Part shown: positions 1 to 15,445 of the stretch, piece by piece
Numbering within the stretch: position 1 is the stretch's first letter
Layout: each line of letters starts with the position of its first letter
Assembly: GCA_023393655.1 (NCBI GenBank)
Contig: JAEWKP010000381.1
Coordinates: 2,626 to 66,625 of the forward strand
From: Pseudomonadota bacterium
GTDB taxonomy: Bacteria; Pseudomonadota; Alphaproteobacteria; Rhizobiales; Beijerinckiaceae
Reading direction: 5' to 3'
Length of the DNA stretch: 64,000 nucleotides
Made by a program: the position numbers and the translations under genes
The notes under the pieces: model-generated
Databases searched by the model: none
The model's input: the letters and a program-made list of their open reading frames with translations, nothing else
What the model was told of the DNA's origin: nothing

Positions 1-1
1 C

Positions 2-184
2 GGCCTCGGCTTCCCGCCGGACATCCCGACCTGGGGCCGGCTTCTGTTCGACGCCAAGGACCAGCTCGACACCGCGCCACACTGGGCCCTGTTCCCAGGC
101 GCCGCGATCTTCCTTACCGTGCTCTCGATCAACTTCATCGGCGACGGCCTGCGCGATGCGCTCGACCCGCGCCGCGTCATCTAA
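2..184 (+). CDS. Peptide/oligopeptide ABC transporter permease (DppC/OppC-like), 3' end only
   Basis: Frame from base 2 reads GLGFPPDIPTWGRLL...LSINFIGDGLRDALDPRRVI*, the typical DppC C-terminal motif; lies directly upstream of the ABC ATPase. Confidence 0.9.
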   Translation, partial: GLGFPPDIPTWGRLLFDAKDQLDTAPHWALFPGAAIFLTVLSINFIGDGLRDALDPRRVI

Positions 185-202
185 TCCAGCGAAGGGCTAG
201 AC

Positions 203-2053
<1,851 letters not shown>

Positions 2054-2077
2054 GCCTTCCGGAGCTCGAAATGATCG

Positions 2078-2104
2078 ACCCGCAGCGCGAGCTGCGGGTT
2101 TTTT
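2078..2104 (+). terminator. Rho-independent terminator
   Basis: Stem ACCCGCAGC, loop GCGA, stem GCTGCGGGT, then a T run, ~25 bp after the ABC ATPase stop. Confidence 0.85.
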
Positions 2105-2163
2105 GTTGGGTTCTCAAGAGCCCGGTATGGGTCGGCAGCTGACCTGACGACCCAAGCTCTCTC

Positions 2164-4203
<2,040 letters not shown>

Positions 4204-4312
4204 CGAGACTCCGTTCAGCCGGATGCCGCCGTTGCGGCGCATCGCTTATCGCGCAGACGGAGCCTGCCGGGCAAGGCTTGCCTAGGCTGTCGGGACAGCA
4301 TGCGGTCGCGGT

Positions 4313-5341
4313 TCAGACGCGATAGAACTCGCGGAACCAGGCGACAAAGCGTGGAATCCCGATCTCGATCGGCGTATCGGGCCGGAAATCGACCGCGGCT
4401 GCCAGATCCGCGACATCGGCATAGGTCGTCGGCACGTCGCCGGGCTGCGCCGGCAGATGGCGCCGGACCGCCTTGCGTCCGCAGGCGGCCTCGACCACGT
4501 CGATGAAGTGCGAGAGCGCCACCGGGGTGTGGTTGCCGATATTGTAGATGCGCCAGGGCGCCGCGGATGTCGCCGGATCGGGATGCTCGCGGTCGAAGGC
4601 CGGATCGGCTACCGCAGGGCGCGCCGCGAGACGTATGATCGCCTCGCAGATGTCGTCGACATAGGTGAAGTCGCGGCTCATCTGCGCTTGCGCATAAACG
4701 TCGATCGGATCGCCCGCGAGGATCGCCTTGGTGAACTTGAAATAGGCCATGTCCGGCCGGCCCCAGGGCCCATAGACCGTGAAGAACCGCAGGCCTGTCA
4801 TCGGAATCCCGTAGAGATGGGCGTAGGAATGCGCCATCAGCTCGTTCGCCCGCTTGGTCGCGGCGTAAAAGGAAATCGGGTGATCGGCGCCGTCATGCTC
4901 GCTGAACGGCACCTTCGCATTGGCACCGTAGACGGAACTCGATGACGCATAGACGAGATGCCCCACGGCATGCCGACGACTGGCTTCGAGCACCGATAGA
5001 AAGCCGTCGAGATTGGCGCTGGCATAGGCGCGCGGATTCTCGAGCGAATAGCGAACCCCCGCTTGCGCCGCCAGGTGGATGATCGCGTCCGGGCGGAACG
5101 CGCCGATCGCGGCATCGAAGGCGTCATGATCCGCGACATCGATCTGCTCGAACGCGAAGCCGTTGCGACCGGCGAGCCGGGCGAGGCGCGCCTGCTTCAA
5201 CGCCGGGTCATAATAGGGCACGAGCGCATCGATACCCATGACCTCGACGCCGCACTGCAGCAGCGCCTCCGTGACGTGGAGACCGACAAAGCCCGCAGCT
5301 CCCGTCACGACGACACGGTTCAACGATAGGCTTTGGTTCAA
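4313..5341 (-). CDS. NAD-dependent nucleotide-sugar epimerase, UDP-glucuronate 4-epimerase-like
   Basis: TGAAGFVG, HLAAQAGVRYS, YAATK, RFFTVYGPWGRPDMA, QPGDV; start codon (TTG) uncertain. Confidence 0.9.
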   Translation of the reverse strand: MNQSLSLNRVVVTGAAGFVGLHVTEALLQCGVEVMGIDALVPYYDPALKQARLARLAGRNGFAFEQIDVADHDAFDAAIGAFRPDAIIHLAAQAGVRYSLENPRAYASANLDGFLSVLEASRRHAVGHLVYASSSSVYGANAKVPFSEHDGADHPISFYAATKRANELMAHSYAHLYGIPMTGLRFFTVYGPWGRPDMAYFKFTKAILAGDPIDVYAQAQMSRDFTYVDDICEAIIRLAARPAVADPAFDREHPDPATSAAPWRIYNIGNHTPVALSHFIDVVEAACGRKAVRRHLPAQPGDVPTTYADVADLAAAVDFRPDTPIEIGIPRFVAWFREFYRV

Positions 5342-5863
5342 TGGGGCACCCAGGCAGAGATATCGCGACTGTTGTCATCGCAACTCATAGGGGACAGTGG
5401 CAAGAGGCTGGAAGGAAAATAACCTGCCCCGGCCGGGCTCGACAAAGCCTGGAGGCGCTCTGCACCCGGCACGGCTGCCCCCTCTCCGGTCCGTCCGCGG
5501 ATCGCGATGGTAGCCGCGATCTGCTCTCCACCACGGACAGGACATCGACGACTTGCCCCGAATCGGCTGGCTCGAGAGCGGAACCCCGGCATCAACCTGA
5601 AGCAGCGGCCCGAAAGGCGACATGCGGCTTTCGGAGAAAACTGACGTAAGGTCAAACACCTAAATCACCGGATCGAATACGATATTCAGCCTGATGATCT
5701 GGTGTCCGAACATTCCGGGAGGCATGTCCATTTTTCAGCGACGCCCCGTCACTTCGCCTTGTTGGCTGCGTTCGCAGGTTGACATCCTTCCAATGCAGCG
5801 GCAAAGCCAGCCGCAAATCCCGCTCGCCGCGCCCAGAGCGCCTTCCCACGCAGAAAGCCGGTT

Positions 5864-7234
5864 ATGTCTTCATCACCGACAGCGCCGTCCGTTTCCGACA
5901 GGCCTCAGGCCCTGACCGAGCAGCTCGCGCGGATCGCCACGAAGAACTACCGGATCGGCATCATCGGCCTTGGCTATGTCGGCATTCCGCTGGCGCTGAC
6001 CGCCTGCAACGCTGGCTTCCCGGTGGTCGGCTTCGACATCGACGCGAAGCGCGTCGCGCAGATCAACCGTGGCGAGAGCTTCATCAAGCATATCCCGACC
6101 TCGGCGATCGCCGCCGCGATCAAGGAAGAGCGCTTCCGCGCCACGACTGACTTCGATGAGCTGCGCGATGTCGACGCCATCATCATCGCCGTACCGACGC
6201 CACTGACCAAGCATCGCGAGCCGGACCTGAGCTATGTCGAGGCGACGGCCCGGGCGATCGCCCCGCGCCTGCGCAGGGGCCACCTCGTCGTGCTGGAATC
6301 GACGACCTGGCCCGGCACCACCGACGAGATCATGCGCCCGATCTTCGAGAAGACCGGCCTGAAGAGCGGCGTCGACTTCTACCTCGCCTTCTCGCCCGAG
6401 CGCGAAGACCCCGGCAATCCGGATTTCGGCACCTCGACCATCCCGAAGGTCGTCGGCGGCGATGGCGCGGAGGCACTGGAGCTGGCGAATGCCGTCTATG
6501 GCGCGCTCGTGGTCAAGACCGTGCCGGTCTCCTCCTCGGCCACCGCCGAGGCCGTCAAGCTGACCGAGAACATCTTCCGCGCCGTCAACATCGCGCTCGT
6601 GAACGAGCTCAAGGTGATCTACGGCAAGATGGGCATCGACGTCTGGGAGGTGATCGACGCCGCCAAGACCAAGCCCTTCGGCTTCATGCCGTTCTATCCG
6701 GGCCCCGGCCTCGGCGGGCACTGCATCCCGATCGATCCGTTCTACCTGACCTGGAAGGCGCGGGAATTCGACGTCACCACCCGCTTCATCGAGCTCGCCG
6801 GGCAGATCAACACGGCCATGCCGCATTGGGTGGTCGACCGCATCGCCGAGGCGCTCGACCGCCAGCAGGGTCGCGGTCTCAGCAAGGCGAAGATCCTCGT
6901 CATGGGCATCGCCTACAAGAAGAACATCGACGACATGCGCGAGAGCCCCTCGCTGCGCCTGATTGAGCTGCTCGAAGAGCGCGGCGCCGTCGCCGACTAT
7001 CACGACCCGCACGTGCCGGTGATCCCGCCGACCCGCGAGCATGCCAGTCTGACCGGCCGCGCCTCGGTCGCGCTGTCGCCCGAGACGATCAAGGGCTATG
7101 ACGCGGTGCTGATCGCGACGGACCATGACGCGGTCGACTACAAGGCGCTCGTCGCTGCCGCCCGCCTCGTGGTCGATACGCGCAATGCCTGCGCCAAGGC
7201 CGGATTGACCGGCGACACGATCGTCAAGGCCTGA
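5864..7234 (+). CDS. wbpA: UDP-GlcNAc 6-dehydrogenase (WbpA-like)
   Basis: GLGYVG, LESTTWPGTT, SPEREDPGN, GLGGHCIPIDP; heads a wbpB-D-E run. Confidence 0.85.
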   Translation: MSSSPTAPSVSDRPQALTEQLARIATKNYRIGIIGLGYVGIPLALTACNAGFPVVGFDIDAKRVAQINRGESFIKHIPTSAIAAAIKEERFRATTDFDELRDVDAIIIAVPTPLTKHREPDLSYVEATARAIAPRLRRGHLVVLESTTWPGTTDEIMRPIFEKTGLKSGVDFYLAFSPEREDPGNPDFGTSTIPKVVGGDGAEALELANAVYGALVVKTVPVSSSATAEAVKLTENIFRAVNIALVNELKVIYGKMGIDVWEVIDAAKTKPFGFMPFYPGPGLGGHCIPIDPFYLTWKAREFDVTTRFIELAGQINTAMPHWVVDRIAEALDRQQGRGLSKAKILVMGIAYKKNIDDMRESPSLRLIELLEERGAVADYHDPHVPVIPPTREHASLTGRASVALSPETIKGYDAVLIATDHDAVDYKALVAAARLVVDTRNACAKAGLTGDTIVKA

Positions 7235-8209
<975 letters not shown>

Positions 8210-8212
8210 GCC

Positions 8213-8815
8213 ATGGCCGGCGCGTCGCAGATGCAGGAAGACCCGCGCTTCCCCGGCGCGCTCGTGCATGAAAGCGCCTATGTCGACGAGGGCGCGACCC
8301 TGGGCAGCGGCACCCGGATCTGGCACTTCGTCCATGTCCTGGGCCAGACCACGATCGGCCGCGACTGCGTGCTCGGCCAGAACGTGATGGCCGGGCCGCG
8401 GGTCACGATCGGCGACGGCTGCAAGATCCAGAACAACGTCGCGCTCTATGACGGCGTCGAGCTGGAGGCGGACGTGTTCTGCGGCCCGTCCTGCGTCTTC
8501 ACCAATGTCAACAATCCCCGCGCCTTCATGAACCGCAAGGCCGAGTTCCGCCGCACGCTGGTCAAGCAGGGCGCGAGCATCGGGGCGAACGCGACCATCG
8601 TCTGCGGACATACGCTCGGCGCGTATTGCTTCATCGCTGCCGGCGCAGTGGTGACCAGGGACGTGCCGGACTATGCTCTGATGGCCGGCGTGCCGGCGCG
8701 GCGGATCGGCTGGATGAGCAAGGCGGGCGAAAAGCTCGGCCCGGACCTGACCTGCCCGCTGACCGGAACGCGCTATCGGGAAATCGGCCCGGAGCATCTG
8801 GAGGAGATCGGCTGA
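8213..8815 (+). CDS. wbpD: UDP-3-amino-GlcNAcA N-acetyltransferase (WbpD/WlbB, hexapeptide repeat)
   Basis: RIWHF, CKIQNNV, FCGPSCVFTNV, GVPARRIGW; located between wbpB and wbpE. Confidence 0.9.
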   Translation: MAGASQMQEDPRFPGALVHESAYVDEGATLGSGTRIWHFVHVLGQTTIGRDCVLGQNVMAGPRVTIGDGCKIQNNVALYDGVELEADVFCGPSCVFTNVNNPRAFMNRKAEFRRTLVKQGASIGANATIVCGHTLGAYCFIAAGAVVTRDVPDYALMAGVPARRIGWMSKAGEKLGPDLTCPLTGTRYREIGPEHLEEIG

Positions 8816-9972
8816 TGAGCGAGCGTCCCGCGATCGAGTTCATAGACCTCAAGGCCCAGCGCCAGCATATCGGCAAGGCCATGGACGAGGCTATCCTCAA
8901 GGTCGTCCATGACGGCAACTACATTCTCGGCCAGCAGGTCCAGCAGTTCGAGACCGAACTGGCCGCCTTCTGCGGGGCGAAGCACGCGATCGGCGTCGCC
9001 AACGGCACTGATGCCCTGATCCTCGTGCTCGAAGCACTCGGCATCGGCCCCGGCGACGCGGTGATCTGTCCGAGCTTCACCTTCGCCGCGACCGCCGAGG
9101 TGGTCGCCTGGATGGGCGCGACGCCGGTCTTCGCCGAGATCGACGAGGCCACCTACAATATCGATCCGAAAAGCCTTGGTGCCGCGCTGGAGACGGCGAA
9201 GCAGCACAAGCTCACGCCGCGTGCCCTGATTACCGTCGATCTCTTCGGCCAGGCTTGCGACTACGAGCCGATCGAAGCCTTCTGCAAGCAGCACGGCCTC
9301 ATGCTGATCTCGGATTCCGCGCAGGGCTATGGCGCGCGCTACAAGGGCCGCGTCGCCGGCGCGATCGGCGATTTCGCCACGACCAGCTTCTTCCCGGCCA
9401 AACCGCTCGGCTGCTACGGCGATGGCGGCGCGATCCTGACCGATAGCGACGAGCATGCCGCGCTGCTGATGTCGCTGCGGTTCCACGGCAAGGGCTCGTA
9501 CAAATACGACAATGTCCGCGTCGGCGTGAACTCGCGGCTCGACACCATCCAGGCCGCCGTGCTGATCGAGAAGCTCAAGGTCTATGCCGAGGAGATCGAG
9601 AAGCGGCAGGCCGTGGCGCAGCGCTACACCGCCGCGCTCAAGGGCGTCGTCGTGACGCCGCATGTCATGCCGGATTGTGTCTCGACCTGGGCCCAGTACA
9701 CGATCCGCGTCTCTGCCGATCGCCGCGACGCCTTCCAGGCGGTGTTGAAGGCCAAGGGCGTGCCGACAACAGTCTATTACCCCAAGCCGCTGCATCAGCA
9801 GACCGCCTACAAGCACTATCCCGTCGCCGGGAACGGCCTGCCGATCTCCGAACGCGTCGCGCAGGAGGTCGTCGCCCTGCCGATGCACCCATATCTCGAC
9901 GAAGAGACGCAGGACTACATCATCGAGCAGGTGCGGGCAGCTCTGGCAGCGCCGACGGCCGCGGTGGCATGA
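8815..9972 (+). CDS. wbpE: DegT/DnrJ/EryC1/StrS aminotransferase (WbpE/WlbC)
   Basis: IEFIDLKAQ, NGTDAL, SFFPAKPLGCYGDGG (PLP lysine), NSRLDTIQAA; ATG overlaps the wbpD stop (TGATG). Confidence 0.88.
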   Translation: MSERPAIEFIDLKAQRQHIGKAMDEAILKVVHDGNYILGQQVQQFETELAAFCGAKHAIGVANGTDALILVLEALGIGPGDAVICPSFTFAATAEVVAWMGATPVFAEIDEATYNIDPKSLGAALETAKQHKLTPRALITVDLFGQACDYEPIEAFCKQHGLMLISDSAQGYGARYKGRVAGAIGDFATTSFFPAKPLGCYGDGGAILTDSDEHAALLMSLRFHGKGSYKYDNVRVGVNSRLDTIQAAVLIEKLKVYAEEIEKRQAVAQRYTAALKGVVVTPHVMPDCVSTWAQYTIRVSADRRDAFQAVLKAKGVPTTVYYPKPLHQQTAYKHYPVAGNGLPISERVAQEVVALPMHPYLDEETQDYIIEQVRAALAAPTAAVA

Positions 9973-11078
9973 GCCGGCCCTTGCGGCTGGCCTATCTCTC
10001 GCTCGAGACTCCGCGGCCGGGCCAGGCTTCGCAGACGCATATCGACGAAATCATTGCCGGGCTGAAGCAGTCAGGCTGGCGGGTCGAACTCTTTGCAACC
10101 ACCCGTGGCGGAGCGAGTGCGCGGACCTCGTTCCTGCGTCGCCTGCTCGATTATTGCCGGGTGCAGCAGGCGTTGGCGCGTCGCCTGGACGAGTTCGACG
10201 CGATCTTCGTCCGCTCGCATTTCATGGCGCTGCCGCTCGCATTCTGGGCGCGGCGGCGAAAGATTCCGGTGGTGCACGAGATCAATGGCAAGCCGGCCGA
10301 TATCGGCGTGACCTATCCGGAGCTAAGGCCGTTCTCGCCGCTCTTCAGTTGGCTGTACCGGGCGCAGTACCGCATGGCCGCCCATCTGATCGCCGTCACC
10401 GAAGGCTTGGCGCAATGGGCTCGGAGCTTCGCCGGCCATGACCGGGTCAGCGTCGTCTCCAACGGCGCGAACACCGAGCTGTTTACGCCGGAAGGACCAA
10501 TCGCCGACATCGCGGGCCGCTATGTGATCTTCGTCGGCGGCCTCGTCGCCTGGCACGGCATCGGCACCATGCTGGCGGCATTGCGGGACCCGGCCTGGCC
10601 GACGGATGTGAAGCTCGTCATCGTGGGAGACGGGATCGAACGCAGCAGGGTCGAAGCGGCGAAGGGCGACCTCAATCTCGTCTGGCTCGGCCGGCGAGCC
10701 TATGGGGACATCCCTCCCCTGCTGCGCGGCGCTTTGGCGGCGCTCTGCGTCATCGAAGACCAGGATGGCCGCTCGGCATCGGGCGTGGCGCCGCTGAAGC
10801 TCTTCGAGGCCATGGCCTGCGGCGTTCCCGTCATCGCCAGCGACCTACCTTTCCAGGCCGAGCTCGTCAGACAGGAACACGCTGGTTTGGTCATCCCCGC
10901 ATCGGCTCCCGGTAAGCTTGCCGCTGCCGTTAATCAGCTCGCGGAAGATGCGCAGACCGCACGCTCCATGGGCGTCAGTGGAGCGGACTACGTCGTTCGC
11001 GAGGCGAGCTGGCAACGCCGGGGCGACGATATTCACCAGATTCTGAAATCAGCATTGTGCCTACAGAAGAATGGCTAG
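9969..11078 (+). CDS. Glycosyltransferase, GT4-like
   Basis: FVGGLVAWHG, IVGDG, PLKLFEAMACGVPVI; ATGA overlap with the wbpE stop. Confidence 0.88.
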   Translation: MSRPLRLAYLSLETPRPGQASQTHIDEIIAGLKQSGWRVELFATTRGGASARTSFLRRLLDYCRVQQALARRLDEFDAIFVRSHFMALPLAFWARRRKIPVVHEINGKPADIGVTYPELRPFSPLFSWLYRAQYRMAAHLIAVTEGLAQWARSFAGHDRVSVVSNGANTELFTPEGPIADIAGRYVIFVGGLVAWHGIGTMLAALRDPAWPTDVKLVIVGDGIERSRVEAAKGDLNLVWLGRRAYGDIPPLLRGALAALCVIEDQDGRSASGVAPLKLFEAMACGVPVIASDLPFQAELVRQEHAGLVIPASAPGKLAAAVNQLAEDAQTARSMGVSGADYVVREASWQRRGDDIHQILKSALCLQKNG

Positions 11079-11232
11079 CGCGTTCTGCAGCCTTTGATCG
11101 CTGATCTGTCGGCTCGACTGGCCAATCCCCTATGGAAACATTCGCAAGACACTTTACACCTGCTGGAAAGCTGGGGCAGGACACATCCAAGCGCACGAGA
11201 ATGCGCCAGTCCAAAGGGTCGAGGCGCTATTT

Positions 11233-12474
11233 ATGAGCCGAGCTAAGATCGGTATGGCCGGACCCCGGGCGGTGGTGCTGTCGTTCTCGCGCATCGCGCG
11301 GGATCGCCGCGTTCTGCGCCAATGCGAATTGCTGGCCCAGATGGGCGCCTCTCCGCTCGTGCTTGGATATGGTGAGCCCCAGGACCGGATACCCTACGCC
11401 TTCGAGCATCTCAAGACGCCCCAGCCGACGCCGCAGTACCGCGCCAGCACGGTGATCCGCCAGTTGCCCGCCCGCCTCGGGCCTTGGGCTGCCCGAATCG
11501 GGTTCTGGGGCGCGGGTCGCCATCGCTGGGCGCTTGCCCGCCTGCTCGCATCCGACGCGCGCGTCGTGATCGCGAATGACTGGCCAGCCCTTGTCGTAGC
11601 CGCGCGCTGGAAGGCTGAGACCGGTGGCTACATCCACTACGACACGCACGAGTTCGCCACGCTGGAGTTCGACGAACGCAAGACCTGGCGTATCGTGTAC
11701 AAGCCCTTCGTGAAACGCCTCGAGCGCGCCGCCATCGCATCGGCTGATGTCGTTTCGACGGTCGGCCACCGCCTCGCCGACGAGCTGCAGCGCTATTACG
11801 ATCTGCCGGAGCGCCCTCTCGTCATCCGCAACATACCCAATCGGATCGAGCTGCCGGCACCGACCCCGACACGCTGGCCGCTTCAGCTGCTCTATCACGG
11901 CCAGATCCTGCGGGACCGCGGGCTGGAGACGCTGATCGACAGCATTTCTTACTGGCAGAACCAGCATAGGCTGACCATCCGGGGGGACGGCGATCCAACC
12001 TATGTCGAGCACCTTCGCAGGCGCGTCGGATTGTTGGGCGTTTCGGAGTTCGTGACCTTCGAGCCGGCTGTACCGCCTGATCAAGTCATGCCGATCGCGG
12101 CCCAAACAGCCGATGTCGGCGTGCACTTCACCCAACTCGAAACCAAGCAGCGGCATTTCAGCCTGCCGAACAAGCTGTTCGAGTATATCGGCGCCGGCCT
12201 CGCTGTCGCAGTCTCGCCAGGAGCCGATCTGCGCGAGATCGTCGAGGGCTATGGCGTCGGCGTGGTCAGCGCCGACGCGAGCCCGCTTGCCGTCGCAGCT
12301 GCGATCAACGGACTCGATGCCACCCAGGTCGAGCGTTTCAAGGCCGCCGCCCGCCGGGCGGCCGGCGAACTGTGCTGGGAGCACGAGCGCGCCATCCTGC
12401 GCGCCAGTTTGGAACCAGTGCTGCAAGGCTCGCAGCTGGCGCCAGCGAACACGAGCGCGTTCAGCCCTGGCTGA
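11233..12474 (+). CDS. Glycosyltransferase, GT4-like
   Basis: RDRRV, YDTHE, LLYHG, FSLPNKLFEYIGAG; 3' end overlaps the convergent asnB by 14 bp. Confidence 0.85.
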   Translation: MSRAKIGMAGPRAVVLSFSRIARDRRVLRQCELLAQMGASPLVLGYGEPQDRIPYAFEHLKTPQPTPQYRASTVIRQLPARLGPWAARIGFWGAGRHRWALARLLASDARVVIANDWPALVVAARWKAETGGYIHYDTHEFATLEFDERKTWRIVYKPFVKRLERAAIASADVVSTVGHRLADELQRYYDLPERPLVIRNIPNRIELPAPTPTRWPLQLLYHGQILRDRGLETLIDSISYWQNQHRLTIRGDGDPTYVEHLRRRVGLLGVSEFVTFEPAVPPDQVMPIAAQTADVGVHFTQLETKQRHFSLPNKLFEYIGAGLAVAVSPGADLREIVEGYGVGVVSADASPLAVAAAINGLDATQVERFKAAARRAAGELCWEHERAILRASLEPVLQGSQLAPANTSAFSPG

Positions 12475-14359
12475 CCTGGAAACGCTCTGCCCAGAGCCCG
12501 AGCGACACGATCCGCCAGAGCGTGAAGTCGACCGGCGCGCGCCCGTCGAGCATGTCAGCGGCGAAGAGGCGGGTGCCGGCCGGGTCGAGAAGGCCCGGCA
12601 GGACGCGCAGCGTCCGTTCGACGCCATCCTCGACCAGCCCGCGCAACGGCCCGCGCATCCAGACTGCCTCGGGCGTGGCGAAGCCGAGCTTGTCGCGGCG
12701 CTCGCTGACCCCCCGCGGCAGGATATCGGCCATGGCGCGACGCAGCACGCGCTTAGTGTCGGCGCCGACCAGCTTGTGCCGATTGCCTAGCGCCAGCGCG
12801 AAATCGGCCAGCGGCGGATCGAGGAAGGGCACCCGCGCCTCGATGCCATGGGCCATACTGTTGCGGTCTTCCCAGTGCAGCAGCATCGGCAGGTTGGATG
12901 CGTGGGCCATGACCAAGCAGAGCGAGGCGATGTCGCGCGGCGGCTCGAGCCCCAGCGATGCGGCGGCCGTCTCCAGCGCCGTCGGCTGCCGGTCCAGCTC
13001 CGCCAGCGCCTGCGACGACAGCCAGCCATGCTGGACCTGGCCGCGATGGGTTCGCCGCGCCAGGCCCTTGATGCGGTCCGGCGCCAGCGAGAAGGCGAGC
13101 CGCAGCAGCTGGCCGCCATAGCCCTGTCCGTGCATCTCGCGCCGTGCCGCGATCGTGCGGCCGAGCGTCAGCAAGCGCGCCGAGCGCGCCAGCTCGGCGA
13201 GGTAGATCGGGAAGAAGCTATGATAGCCGGCGAGCAGCTCGTCGGCGCCCTGCCCATCCAGCATCACCTTGACGCCGGCGGCCCGCGCCGCCTCGAAAAC
13301 GCACCATTGCGCGAAGATCGAGGTCGAGCCGAAGGGCTCGTCCTGGTGCCAGGTGATGTCCGAAGCGCGTGCGAAGACATCCTCGGCGCGCGGGAAGATG
13401 AAGTGCGCCTGGGCGCCGGTCTTCGCCACGACCATGTCCATGAACGGCTTCTCGTCCACCGCCTTCTCGGCATAACAGGCCGAGACGGTGTGCAACCCCG
13501 GCGCGTCCGGCGGCAGCATCGCCGCCATCAGGCAGACGATGGAGGAGGAATCGAGCCCTCCGGACAGGCAGGAGCCCACGGGCACGTCGGCGCGCAAATG
13601 CAGCCTGACCGAGTCGGCGAGGAGATCGCGGAAGCGCTCGGCCGCGGCCCGTTCGTCGATCTCGCCGAGCGCAGGTATCGCAACCGCATGCCAGCGCACG
13701 ATCCTGGGTTCGCTCGCCCCTGGGCCGCGCGCCGGGACGGTGCAGCATTCGCCGCCGCGCAATTGCCGGATGCCCTGGAACAGCGTCTCGGCCGTGTGGT
13801 CCGACATGCCGCCGGAAAGGAAATCATGCGCCCGTGCGAGGTTGACGCGACGCACCCCTCCCGGCAGGTCGAGCAGTTGCTTGATCTCGGAAGCGAAGGC
13901 GACGCCGCCCAGCAGCGCGGTCAGGTAGAGCGGCTTGATCCCGTAGCGGTCGCGCGCCGCGAACAGGACCTTGTCGCGGTCGTCCCAGATCAGGAAAGCG
14001 AACATGCCGCGCAGGCGCGGCAGGCAGTCGGCGCCCCAGAGCATGTAGCAGCGCAGCAGGACCTCGGAATCCGACTCGCTGACGAAGGTCTCGCCGCGCG
14101 CCCGCAATTCGTCGCGCAGCTCGATGTAATTGTAGATCTCGCCGTTGAAGACTAGGTGATAGCGCCCGGACGCATCCGCCATCGGCTGCAGGCCCGCATC
14201 CGAAACGTCGATGATCGCCAGCCGCCTGTGGCCGAGCGCGACCGGCCCGGCCGGGCTCCCATATTCCTGCCAGCCGCGGCCGTCCGGGCCGCGATGCGTT
14301 ACCATGTCGATACGTTCCGGCGTGACCGGAAGCCCGACCGACGCGAAGAGGCCGCACAT
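12461..14359 (-). CDS. asnB: AsnB-family glutamine amidotransferase (WbpS-like sugar amidation)
   Basis: MCG N-terminal nucleophile, HRGPD, GHRRLAIID, NGEIYN, LSGGLDSS, GQGADE, EARVPFLD. Confidence 0.9.
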   Translation of the reverse strand: MCGLFASVGLPVTPERIDMVTHRGPDGRGWQEYGSPAGPVALGHRRLAIIDVSDAGLQPMADASGRYHLVFNGEIYNYIELRDELRARGETFVSESDSEVLLRCYMLWGADCLPRLRGMFAFLIWDDRDKVLFAARDRYGIKPLYLTALLGGVAFASEIKQLLDLPGGVRRVNLARAHDFLSGGMSDHTAETLFQGIRQLRGGECCTVPARGPGASEPRIVRWHAVAIPALGEIDERAAAERFRDLLADSVRLHLRADVPVGSCLSGGLDSSSIVCLMAAMLPPDAPGLHTVSACYAEKAVDEKPFMDMVVAKTGAQAHFIFPRAEDVFARASDITWHQDEPFGSTSIFAQWCVFEAARAAGVKVMLDGQGADELLAGYHSFFPIYLAELARSARLLTLGRTIAARREMHGQGYGGQLLRLAFSLAPDRIKGLARRTHRGQVQHGWLSSQALAELDRQPTALETAAASLGLEPPRDIASLCLVMAHASNLPMLLHWEDRNSMAHGIEARVPFLDPPLADFALALGNRHKLVGADTKRVLRRAMADILPRGVSERRDKLGFATPEAVWMRGPLRGLVEDGVERTLRVLPGLLDPAGTRLFAADMLDGRAPVDFTLWRIVSLGLWAERFQVSQG

Positions 14360-14395
14360 CAGTTCGCTCCTGCTTTTCCGGCTGCCCCGGTCCCG

Positions 14396-15445
14396 TCAGC
14401 CCCGATGCGCCCTGATCGCATCGAGCACCGCTTCGGCAGCCTGCCCCGTGCCATAATCGGCAATGTCGGATCGTGGCTTCCAGTCCGCTGTGGTCCAGAG
14501 ACGGTTCCAGCCATGCTCGAGCGTCTCGGTCCACTCAGTTTCGTCGCGGAGTGTCACGCAGGGCCGGCGCGCGAAATAGGCTTCCTTCTGGAGACCGCCT
14601 GAATCCGTCAGCACCACCTTCGCGCCGTCGAGCAGGCGAACCATGTCGATATACCCCACCGGATCGATCGTACGGATCGAGCCCAGCTGCGTGCCGCTGC
14701 GCGCAATCGCCTGTTTCGTGCGCGGGTGAACGGGGAGGATGACGGGCAGGCCGGCGGCGGTCTCGGCGATCGCGTTCATCACCGCCTGCAAGCGTGCCGG
14801 ATCGTCGGTGTTCTCGGCCCTGTGCACCGTCGCCAGCGCAAAGTCGCCCTCGCTCAGCCCGTGATCGGCGAGGATGGTCGACATATCGCGCGAACGCCTC
14901 TGCGCGTGCAGCATCGCATCGTACATGACATCGCCGACATGATGGACACCGCGCGTGATGCCCTCGGCCTCGAGATTGCGAACGCCGGTCATCGTCGGGC
15001 TCAGCAGCAATGCCGAGACGTGATCGGTCAGGACGCGGTTGACCTCCTCCGGCATGCGCCGGTTGAACGAGCGCAGGCCGGCTTCGACATGGACGACCGG
15101 GATATGCAGCTTGGCCGCGGCCAGCGCCCCCGCCAGGGTCGAGTTGGTGTCGCCATAGACCAGCACCCAGTCCGGCTTGCGCTCGATCAGGCAGGTCTCG
15201 ATGCCGGCCAGCATATGGCCCGTCATCGCGCCATGCGTGCCGCCATGGATGGCGAGGTTGACCTCCGGCTTACCGATCTCCAGCTCGCGGAAGAACACAT
15301 CCGACATCATTTCATCGAAGTGCTGGCCGGTGTGGACCATAATCTCGCTGAAATCAGCACTGGCGCGGATGGCGCGGCTGACGGCAGCGGCCTTGATGAA
15401 TTGCGGGCGCGCACCGACAACGGTGAGGATCGTGGTTTTCGTCAT
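14396..15445 (-). CDS. wecB: Non-hydrolysing UDP-GlcNAc / UDP-GlcNAc3NAcA 2-epimerase (WecB/WbpI)
   Basis: VGARPQFIK, HTGQH, GDTNST, HVEAGLRS, TDSGGLQKEA; WbpI role inferred from wbpABDE context. Confidence 0.9.
   Translation of the reverse strand: MTKTTILTVVGARPQFIKAAAVSRAIRASADFSEIMVHTGQHFDEMMSDVFFRELEIGKPEVNLAIHGGTHGAMTGHMLAGIETCLIERKPDWVLVYGDTNSTLAGALAAAKLHIPVVHVEAGLRSFNRRMPEEVNRVLTDHVSALLLSPTMTGVRNLEAEGITRGVHHVGDVMYDAMLHAQRRSRDMSTILADHGLSEGDFALATVHRAENTDDPARLQAVMNAIAETAAGLPVILPVHPRTKQAIARSGTQLGSIRTIDPVGYIDMVRLLDGAKVVLTDSGGLQKEAYFARRPCVTLRDETEWTETLEHGWNRLWTTADWKPRSDIADYGTGQAAEAVLDAIRAHRG

Noticed and set aside
5342..5863. Short ORFs and a CCGAAAG...CTTTCGG hairpin (5610-5634) in the divergent intergenic region
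   Set aside because: ORFs lack motifs; the hairpin has no downstream U-tract in a useful orientation and no second copy was seen
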